DNA of 32,000 nucleotides from Opitutales bacterium. Lineage in GTDB: Bacteria > Verrucomicrobiota > Verrucomicrobiia > Opitutales > UBA9783. The translations under genes were made by a program, and so were the position numbers. Position 1 is the first letter of the stretch, and each line of letters opens with the position of its first letter. Below the pieces are notes generated by a model, which worked only from the letters and a program-made list of their open reading frames with translations, did no database searches and was not told the DNA's origin. Shown piece by piece: positions 19,092-26,289 of this stretch. The DNA is taken from contig JBKSMP010000018.1 of assembly GCA_046881885.1 (NCBI GenBank), forward strand, positions 8,861-40,860, given 5' to 3'.

Positions 19092-20473
19092 TGTTTACTG
19101 CTTAATTTCTGTTGTAAAAATTGTAAGGTTCGCTTGGTTGTCGGCTCTTGTTGTAAGGCATTCTCAACGCTTTTGCAAGCATGGATAACCGTTCCATGAT
19201 CTCTACCTCCAAAGGCAATCCCAATTTCTTGTAAAGACGCTGGCGTTAGAATACGACATAAGTACATTGCCACTTGTCGAGGAAATGCGATATTGGCCGG
19301 ACGTTTTTTACTCAAAAGATCGGCAAGCGATAAATGATAAAAATCACAAATACCTTTCTGAATGTCTTCTATCGTTACTTGGGCAGCTAACTCTTCTTGC
19401 AAAATATCTTGTAGCATGCTTTCTACTTTTTCTACCGATAAAGCCGTCGTGTGCAAAAGCTTCTGATACCCTAAAATGCGATTTAATGCACCCTCCATAC
19501 GCCGTACATTTTTTGTAACACGTTCGGCTAGGAAATCGATAACATCCGTCTCTAAGACAAGGTTCATTGACTGTGCTTTTTTGGTAAGAATCGCGACACG
19601 CGTCTCAAAATCCGGTGGCTGGATATCACACACCAAACCCCATTGAAAACGAGAAACAAGACGATTTTCCAGTTTAGCAATTTCAGAAGCAGGCCGATCA
19701 CTACATAAGAAAATCTGGCGCTGCGATTCAAAAAGTTCGTTAAATGTATGGAAAAATTCTTCTTGTATGCGCTCTTTTCCGGCTAAAAAGTGAATATCGT
19801 CAATGAGCAAAACATCAGCTCCGCGATATTTTTTCCTGAACTTTGATAACTGATTTTCTTGAATAGCATAAATAAAGTCATTCGTAAAACGTTCTGTCGT
19901 AATATAAATAACTTTAGCATTGGGCTGATTCTTTAAGACATGATGTCCTACAGCCTGCATCAAGTGTGTTTTACCCAATCCCGTATTTCCGTAGAGAAAT
20001 AAAGGATTATAAGCTCGTCCAGGAGCATTTGCTACGGCTACAGCTGCAGCATGTGCCAATTGACTACCGGCCCCTACAATAAAATTCTCAAAGGTATTTT
20101 GCGGACTCAACCCTTGTCCCGAAGTTAACTGGCCTGAAGCATTTGCGGTTTTTATTGCCTTTGCAACAGGTTTTGTCGTAATAGCCGCTTGCGGTGCTGT
20201 TGCCGAAACCTTTGTTTCGTGGGTCTTAAACTCTAACACAAGTGGATGTTCCGTTAATTGAGCCAGCTTTTTTTCCAAAATTTCTTGGTAGTTGTTTTGC
20301 AACCAAAGTGTTGCAAACTCGTTACTCGTAAGAAGAATCATCTTACCCTCAGGAGCTTCCGGATCACACTCTAAAGGCTTGAACCAAGTATTAAAAATAT
20401 CGTTTGAGAAAACTACCTTTAATTGTTCCTGTAAAGCCTTCCAAAGTTCAAGTATGGGTGTATTCTGTATCAT
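19088..20473 (-). CDS. dnaA: chromosomal replication initiator DnaA
   Basis: N-terminal domain I (LWKALQEQL...NTWFKPL), AAA+ Walker A GNTGLGKTHL, LLIDDIHF, sensor region, C-terminal DNA-binding domain (FPRQVAMYLCR...FGGRDHGTVIHACK). ATG at 20473; an in-frame GTG at 20482 is the track start. Confidence 0.93.
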   Translation of the reverse strand: MIQNTPILELWKALQEQLKVVFSNDIFNTWFKPLECDPEAPEGKMILLTSNEFATLWLQNNYQEILEKKLAQLTEHPLVLEFKTHETKVSATAPQAAITTKPVAKAIKTANASGQLTSGQGLSPQNTFENFIVGAGSQLAHAAAVAVANAPGRAYNPLFLYGNTGLGKTHLMQAVGHHVLKNQPNAKVIYITTERFTNDFIYAIQENQLSKFRKKYRGADVLLIDDIHFLAGKERIQEEFFHTFNELFESQRQIFLCSDRPASEIAKLENRLVSRFQWGLVCDIQPPDFETRVAILTKKAQSMNLVLETDVIDFLAERVTKNVRRMEGALNRILGYQKLLHTTALSVEKVESMLQDILQEELAAQVTIEDIQKGICDFYHLSLADLLSKKRPANIAFPRQVAMYLCRILTPASLQEIGIAFGGRDHGTVIHACKSVENALQQEPTTKRTLQFLQQKLSSKQ

Positions 20474-20482
20474 AAAACGCAC

Positions 20483-20799
20483 AAGTTGTTCACAATTACT
20501 ACCAAGCGATCTTATTCCTTAAGTAAAACGATTTAAATTAAATCCCCAATAGTGTTCAAAAAATTGAACCATCTGCATTATTCCTGATAAACTACACACT
20601 TTTTGAACCTATTAAAAACTTTTTTAAAAAATGGAAGCAACACTTTTTTGACATGAGAATAATAAAATCCTATTTTTTATAGGAATGCAAGATGAAGTTT
20701 TTTACAAGTTATTCACAATATACTTCTTTATGAGAATTGATGCTTGTTTTTAGCTGTAAAAAATTTTTTAATTCTATCGTTTGAAAGAAAATAAGCTAC
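20483..20799. promoter_or_regulatory. dnaA upstream region / candidate oriC at the coding-strand switch
   Basis: 317-bp AT-rich non-coding gap between divergent dnaA (-) and mpg (+). It holds one relaxed-consensus DnaA box, TTATTCACA (20709-20717), a 2-mismatch box TTGTTCACA (20486-20494), and a TCCTAT-5 nt-ATAGGA inverted repeat near 20668-20684. Confidence 0.4.
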
Positions 20800-21321
20800 A
20801 TGATGAACCCCTTTTTGCCAGAATCATTTTTTGAACGATCTGCGATTGTTGTCGCTCAAGAACTCATAGGTTGTTTGCTATGTCGCAAACTTAATGAAAA
20901 GATACTCGCATTTCCTATTCTAGAAACAGAAGCTTATCTAGGTAGTGAAGATTTAGCATCGCATGCACGTTTCGGGAAAACACAACGGAATGCTCCTATG
21001 TTTGGACCAGCAGGCCATTGGTATATCTATCTTTGTTATGGTATGCATTCTATGCTCAATATCGTTACAGGTCCTGAAAACCAACCCAGCGCCGTTCTCA
21101 TTCGCACGATTGAAGGCATTCAAGGTCCAGGACGATTGACGCGAGCGCTTTCAATCCATCGAGATTTTAATAATCAACTTTGTCATCCTCAAACAGATCT
21201 TTGGATTGCTCCCGCTATACAAACCTATACAATTAAAGCAAGCCCTCGTATTGGTATTGATTATGCCGGACCCATTTGGCGAGAAAAACCTTATCGTTTT
21301 GTAGCAAACTTATCTCTCTAA
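20800..21321 (+). CDS. mpg: DNA-3-methyladenine glycosylase (MPG/AAG family)
   Basis: FFERSAIVVAQELIGCLL, ETEAYLGSEDLASHA, GHWYIYLCYGMH, LIRTIEGIQGPGRLTRAL. 173 aa. Confidence 0.85.
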   Translation: MMNPFLPESFFERSAIVVAQELIGCLLCRKLNEKILAFPILETEAYLGSEDLASHARFGKTQRNAPMFGPAGHWYIYLCYGMHSMLNIVTGPENQPSAVLIRTIEGIQGPGRLTRALSIHRDFNNQLCHPQTDLWIAPAIQTYTIKASPRIGIDYAGPIWREKPYRFVANLSL

Positions 21322-21404
21322 TTAAGTACCACCAAACGTATTTAAAACAATTGGTATACAACTAAAATGGTAAAAACCTGCCTTCAACACTTAGAAAATC
21401 TTTA

Positions 21405-21453
21405 CTAAATAATAAAACGGGGTGCGTAGACCACTTGCTAAATCTACGCACCC
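21405..21453 (-). terminator. intrinsic-terminator-like hairpin oriented for minus-strand transcription
   Basis: Perfect 11-bp stem GGGTGCGTAGA (21420-21430) / TCTACGCACCC (21443-21453) with a 12-nt loop. On the minus strand it is followed by CGTTTTATTATTT. Confidence 0.45.
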
Positions 21454-21807
21454 ACTGTAGGACACTCTTTGCTTTTAACGAACACCTTGCATACATCAAG
21501 GCCTTACTTACCACAAAAACTAATACATATTGTGGACATGTTTTTATAGAAATCAACTAAAAAATAATACTTTTTTAAAAAAATAATACTTTTTAAATGT
21601 TTTTTGAGAAAAATCCCACCCAAATATACATAAAAACTTAAAATTATAAGTTTTTGTGTGCAACACAGAGCGAAAAACAAGTCAAAAACCAAAAGAGGTG
21701 TATTTTTTCTAGTATTTATGCGGCTTTTGCAAAAAAATACTCAAAAATTACTAGAAATTAAATAAAAAACTTTACTTTTTATATCAAATCATGTTTAATC
21801 TTTAAGA

Positions 21808-22473
21808 ATGGTTTTAGAGTCGAGCAGTGGAGGTGATGACGTAATAAATTTCCCTATCGGGAAAAATATAAGGCAGCTCATGGCTTGCGCCAAAATGAGT
21901 GAAGCCGATTTATGTCGAGGTGTTAACTTACCGCAAACAACGGTTAATCGATTGTTGTCGGGCCATACAACAGATCCGCGCATCAACACTTTAGTTGCTA
22001 TAGCGCAGTTTTTCGAAGTTAGTTTGGAACAGTTATTGGGATTTGAGGTACTCACTCCTAATAATTTGGGTTTTTCTACTCGAGGTTGTATTCTACCGAT
22101 TATCAATTGGAGACATTTGAAAGGATGGTTATATAATGACGCAGACGTTTCAAATGAATTACATCGTTGGATAAAAACGGAACGTAACTTCAATGAACAT
22201 TCATTTGCTTTGCCAGCACCCGCAGCATGTACTCAGGTGTTTGGGGAAGAAGGCCTGCTTCTTATGAATCGTTTACAATCAAATGATTTTGAAGACGGCA
22301 AGATTGTTTTATTGGAGCAAGATACCGAATTTTATCTCAGAAAGGTATTACGTGAAGGTTCACAATTGTTTGCAAAACGTTTATTTCATCCTTATGAAAT
22401 TACGCTATTGCCAAAAAATGTTATCTTTCATGCTTGCGTTTCTGAAATTCGCAATGAGAAAACGTCTGTTTAA
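21808..22473 (+). CDS. XRE/lambda-CI-like transcriptional regulator (N-terminal HTH, C-terminal S24-peptidase-like domain with non-canonical active site)
   Basis: HTH region IGKNIRQLMACAKMSEADLCRGVNLPQTTVNRLLSGHT...IAQFFEVSLEQLLG. The C-terminus aligns by eye with the lambda CI C-terminal domain: HRWIKTERNFNEHSFALPAPAACTQ with [25 protein letters not shown], and EFYLRKVLREGSQLF with FTFKKLIRDSGQVF. Confidence 0.72.
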   Translation: MVLESSSGGDDVINFPIGKNIRQLMACAKMSEADLCRGVNLPQTTVNRLLSGHTTDPRINTLVAIAQFFEVSLEQLLGFEVLTPNNLGFSTRGCILPIINWRHLKGWLYNDADVSNELHRWIKTERNFNEHSFALPAPAACTQVFGEEGLLLMNRLQSNDFEDGKIVLLEQDTEFYLRKVLREGSQLFAKRLFHPYEITLLPKNVIFHACVSEIRNEKTSV

Positions 22474-23081
22474 TGGATAGATTTAAACCTTTTCTTCCAC
22501 AAGTTACAGAGCTTCAATGGCAGCAACTGCATCATTATAAAGATCTGCTTCTTGAGTGGAATGAAAAGGTTAATCTAATCTCTAGAAAAGATACAGAATT
22601 TTTATTTGAAAAACACATTTTACCAGCGCTACCTGCTATTACATTGCGCTGTTTTGAACCCCTAAAGACGATTTTAGACGTAGGAACAGGTGGAGGCATT
22701 CCGGGTATTCCGCTTGCAATTCTTTTTCCAGATAAACAGTTTACCTTGTTAGATGCGACACATAAGAAAATTGAAGCGGTTGAAGCCATGTCAAAGGCCC
22801 TGCAATTGAAAAATGTTCGTACACAATGGGAGCGATTAGAAAACACAAAAGAAAAGTATGATGGTATTGTAGGACGTGGCGTGACTGCATTTGTTGAGTT
22901 TATCCAAATGACGCGTCATTATTTAAAAAACAAATCGTCAACGATTATTTATTGGACTGGAGGCGAAATGTCTACCCTACTCCCCAATGGTTCTTTAAAA
23001 AGACAAACGCACTACCTCTTTCTAGACCAATTTTTCAAGCAAGAATTTTGCGCCACCAAGAAAATTTTATGGTGGACCTAA
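22473..23081 (+). CDS. rsmG: 16S rRNA (guanine527-N7)-methyltransferase RsmG (GidB)
   Basis: LLEWNEKVNLISRKD, SAM-binding DVGTGGGIPGIPLAILFP. 202 aa. The ATG shares one nucleotide with the upstream stop (TAATG). Confidence 0.9.
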   Translation: MDRFKPFLPQVTELQWQQLHHYKDLLLEWNEKVNLISRKDTEFLFEKHILPALPAITLRCFEPLKTILDVGTGGGIPGIPLAILFPDKQFTLLDATHKKIEAVEAMSKALQLKNVRTQWERLENTKEKYDGIVGRGVTAFVEFIQMTRHYLKNKSSTIIYWTGGEMSTLLPNGSLKRQTHYLFLDQFFKQEFCATKKILWWT

Positions 23082-23148
23082 TTTCCTCTATCAAGTTTTA
23101 AATTAAAAGGCTTGTAAATCGTCGATAAAAGTCATCAAATAATTGCCT

Positions 23149-24480
23149 ATGACAGAATTATTACCTGGTTTTAGGGATTTTACTCCAAAAGCATGTGCTT
23201 ACCGTAACTACATTTTTAAAGGCTGGAGGCGTGTTGCAAACCATTTTTGTTTTGAAGAATTTGATGGTCCCATTCTCGAATCCTTGGAACTTTTTATTAA
23301 AAAATCAGGTGATGAAATAGCAGAACAATTATTTGCATTCGAGGACAAGGGGAAACGTAAAATTGCCTTACGTCCGGAAATGACGCCTTCGCTAGTCCGC
23401 ATTTTAGGCAGTCAAATCGCCACCTTAAAGCGTCCAACGAAATGGTTTAACATAACAGAAAATTTTCGCTATGAACGTCCTCAAAAAGGTCGTTTGCGTT
23501 CTTTCTATCAGTTTAATGTCGATATTGTTGGCGAGACAAGTTACACAGCCGATGCAGAATTAATCGCTCTGGCTATTGAAAGTTTTAAGTTTTTTGGGCT
23601 CAATCAGCAACACTTTTATGTTCGTCTAAGTGACCGTCAATTATGGATGCTCTGGCTAGAAAAATTCGAGATTTCGGATCCAGACACACAAGCAAAAATT
23701 CTTAATTTATTTGATAAATGGGAACGTCGTTCGCATGAAGCAATCGAAAAAGATCTGGCAACACTGCTCCCTGAATCGGTTTCTGCAGAACAATTTTTTC
23801 AACAAACTGAAGTTTTACGTAATTGCAAGACTCTGGAAGCGATCCAAGCCTGTTTTGAAGAAAACGCAATTCCAACAAACCACGAGCGCTTATTGGCACG
23901 TTTAAAGGAATGGCAACTGCTGCTTAAGGAATTAGAACTTCTTGGGTGCCAGGATTACGTACAAATTGATCTAAGCATTGTTCGTGGCCTTGCTTATTAT
24001 ACAGGGTTTGTGTTTGAAGTATTTGAAAAAAGTGAACAAGGACGTGCGCTTGCAGGCGGCGGCCGCTATGACGAACTTTTTGAAAAATTAACGGGACATG
24101 CCATGTCTGCAGTTGGTTTTGCCGCTGGAGATGTTACCTTAACCGATCTGCTTACGAAGCAAAATCTTCTCCCTACCCTACCCTCTCCTTGCGACTGTTT
24201 TGTGGTATTTGAAGAAACTGAGCGCGCATTTGCCCTACAATTGACTCAAGAATTGCGTCAGAAGAACCATCGTGTTAGTTACTTATTGGGAGAAACGAAA
24301 TCCTTATCGAAGCAGCTCAAAAAGGCTTATAATGAAAATCCCAAATTTATCATTATCTGTGCACACGAAGAATTCTTGAAAAACACTGTACAAATAAAGA
24401 ATACCCACCAGCAAACGGAACATAATGTACCTATTGCCGATATTCCTCAATTTATCGGTCAGGAAGAGAATTCTTTGTAA
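23149..24480 (+). CDS. hisS: histidine--tRNA ligase
   Basis: LRPEMTPS, motif 2 FRYERPQKGRLRSFYQFNVDIVG, RGLAYYTG, motif 3 AGGGRYDELF, C-terminal anticodon-binding domain. ATG at 23149; the track start at 23143 is TTG. Confidence 0.92.
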   Translation: MTELLPGFRDFTPKACAYRNYIFKGWRRVANHFCFEEFDGPILESLELFIKKSGDEIAEQLFAFEDKGKRKIALRPEMTPSLVRILGSQIATLKRPTKWFNITENFRYERPQKGRLRSFYQFNVDIVGETSYTADAELIALAIESFKFFGLNQQHFYVRLSDRQLWMLWLEKFEISDPDTQAKILNLFDKWERRSHEAIEKDLATLLPESVSAEQFFQQTEVLRNCKTLEAIQACFEENAIPTNHERLLARLKEWQLLLKELELLGCQDYVQIDLSIVRGLAYYTGFVFEVFEKSEQGRALAGGGRYDELFEKLTGHAMSAVGFAAGDVTLTDLLTKQNLLPTLPSPCDCFVVFEETERAFALQLTQELRQKNHRVSYLLGETKSLSKQLKKAYNENPKFIIICAHEEFLKNTVQIKNTHQQTEHNVPIADIPQFIGQEENSL

Positions 24481-24521
24481 GCTTATTACAAAACCCAAGC
24501 TAAATTTTTTCAATTTTTTAT

Positions 24522-24550
24522 TTGAAAAGATTTCCATTTCTTGATATACT
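24522..24550 (+). promoter_or_regulatory. near-consensus sigma70-type promoter placed for a leaderless transcript of the kinase-tmk-holB-tal operon
   Basis: TTGAAA (24522-24527), 17-nt spacer, TATACT (24545-24550). The ATG of the next gene starts at 24557, the 7th nt after the -10. There is no Shine-Dalgarno sequence. Confidence 0.5.
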
Positions 24551-24556
24551 TAATGC

Positions 24557-25651
24557 ATGCAAGGAAGTTTGAGTAACAAGAAAGCCTGGGTAGGTTTCGA
24601 TGGGTTTGTAGACAAGTTGGTTGTGCCGGTTAAGCTACGTAAAGGTAGTGGTAATGCGTTTGAAGGTTTTGAAACCCTTACGGAATTTGGGGAAAAGATT
24701 CAAAGTGCCAGCCAGTCTAATCTTAATATTGAACTTTATCTCAAGCAAGAAAAGATGGGCGGCAATGGCCCTTTATTGGCAAACACACTAGTAAATTTTG
24801 GGATAAATGTTCACTATATAGGTACTTTAGGTAAACCTATACATCCAGTTTTTGAAGAATTTACACAAAAGGTTGAAGCAACGACATTAGGTGCTTTCGG
24901 TGAAACACAAGCACTAGAATTTTCAGACGGAAAGCTACTTTTAGGACATACCAGTCCAATGGAAGCAGTAACGTATCAAGGTCTTACTGAAGTCATTAGC
25001 GAAACAAGTTTAATTTCACAATTTTCTCAATCCGACCTTATCTGCTTTCAAAATTGGACGATGTTACTGCATTTGTCGGAAATTTTTGAAAACATTTTAG
25101 AAAACATTTGGCCTAAATTAAGTGAAAATAAAGAACGTATTTGCTTTTTTGATTTAGCAGATCCTGCAAAACGCACCTATGAAGACTGTCGACATTTATT
25201 GGAGTTATTACCGAAATTCCAGTCTAAATCTCATGTTTATCTTGGTGTAAATCGTTCTGAAATTCGTTTTATCGGAAAACTTTTAGGAAAACCAGAACCA
25301 CCTAATCGGCTTGAAACAGAGTCTTATGCAGGTTGGCTCAAAGACCTCAAAGAACGTCTGCAGATTAATGGTTTGATCGTACATTGTTCCGAGGGTGCTG
25401 TTGCGGCTTGCAATGAGGAAATTGCTTTTGTGCCCGCATTGAAGGCACACCAACTAACCTGTTTGACGGGTAGCGGAGATCACTTTAATGGTGGTTTTCT
25501 CGGTGGTGTTTTGATGCATTTATCGCTTGCACAATGTTTGCAATTAGGGCATATTACTTCTGTGCTTTACATTGAAAAAGGCCATACACCTTCTAAAGAA
25601 CAGGTGAGTGCGTTGTGGAATGAATTTTATAAAGGGAAGGAGTTAGAATGA
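24557..25651 (+). CDS. ribokinase/PfkB-superfamily carbohydrate (or nucleoside) kinase, substrate unknown
   Basis: N-terminal di-Gly motif KMGGNGPLLANTL and C-terminal catalytic motif LTGSGDHFNGGFLGG (the GxGD anion hole/base). 364 aa. The stop overlaps the tmk start (ATGA). Confidence 0.68.
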   Translation: MQGSLSNKKAWVGFDGFVDKLVVPVKLRKGSGNAFEGFETLTEFGEKIQSASQSNLNIELYLKQEKMGGNGPLLANTLVNFGINVHYIGTLGKPIHPVFEEFTQKVEATTLGAFGETQALEFSDGKLLLGHTSPMEAVTYQGLTEVISETSLISQFSQSDLICFQNWTMLLHLSEIFENILENIWPKLSENKERICFFDLADPAKRTYEDCRHLLELLPKFQSKSHVYLGVNRSEIRFIGKLLGKPEPPNRLETESYAGWLKDLKERLQINGLIVHCSEGAVAACNEEIAFVPALKAHQLTCLTGSGDHFNGGFLGGVLMHLSLAQCLQLGHITSVLYIEKGHTPSKEQVSALWNEFYKGKELE

Positions 25652-26289
25652 AGAAAAGAGGTGTTTTTATCACATTTGAAGGTTGCGAGGGTTGCGGAAA
25701 AACAACGCAAATCAGCATGCTTTCAGAGCGTTTACAAAAGGCAAATCAAGAAATTTTGGTAACACGTGAACCCGGAGGAACCTCTGTTGGAGAAAAAATA
25801 CGACATATCTTAATCGGTAGCGATGAAGAAACCTCCATTTGCCCAGAAACGGAATTGCTTTTGTTTGCTGCAAGTCGGGCGCAATTAGTGCGTGAAGTTA
25901 TTGTTCCGGAATTAGATCTTGGGAAATTTATCCTCTGTGACCGTTTCTTAGACTCCACAACCGTTTATCAAGGTGTTGCACGCCAATTAGCGGACGGTCC
26001 AGTTAAAGCCATCAATCAATTCGCAGTTGGCAACCTAATGCCCGATTTAACGATTGTTATTGATATTCCAGCCGAAGAAAGTTTGTTGCGTGTTCAACGT
26101 CGTAAAAACAGCATTCCAGATCGTATCGAAAAAGAAAGTATAGAATTTTACTCGGCTGTACGCGAAGGTTATCTTTATTTGGCGAAAGAATTTCCGGAAC
26201 GTTTAGTCCTTGTGGATGGCGCTCAAGGGGTTCAAAAAGTTGCAGATGCTATTTGGGAGGCAGTACAAACACGTTTTTTAAATAAATGA
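25648..26289 (+). CDS. tmk: dTMP (thymidylate) kinase
   Basis: P-loop ITFEGCEGCGKTT, DRFLDSTTVYQG, LID region. 213 aa. Confidence 0.93.
   Translation: MKKRGVFITFEGCEGCGKTTQISMLSERLQKANQEILVTREPGGTSVGEKIRHILIGSDEETSICPETELLLFAASRAQLVREVIVPELDLGKFILCDRFLDSTTVYQGVARQLADGPVKAINQFAVGNLMPDLTIVIDIPAEESLLRVQRRKNSIPDRIEKESIEFYSAVREGYLYLAKEFPERLVLVDGAQGVQKVADAIWEAVQTRFLNK

Noticed and set aside
21558-21594. Possible CRISPR-like or iteron array
   Set aside because: There are only two adjacent copies of an A/T 18-mer, with no spacers, so this is not a CRISPR array. No repeat in the window has CRISPR architecture.
21362-21692. Two minus-strand ORFs (64 and 62 aa) in the mpg / regulator gap
   Set aside because: Both are low-complexity and Phe/Lys/Leu-rich, as expected from A/T runs. 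One reads through a perfect 11-bp hairpin. The region is better explained as regulatory or sRNA sequence.
21795-22193. 132-aa minus-strand ORF
   Set aside because: It lies entirely antisense to the well-supported CI-like regulator gene and has no recognisable motifs.
21808-22473. Prophage or integrated element implied by a CI-like repressor
   Set aside because: No integrase, Cro/antirepressor, structural or lysis genes flank it. Its neighbours are mpg and rsmG, and its composition matches the chromosome.
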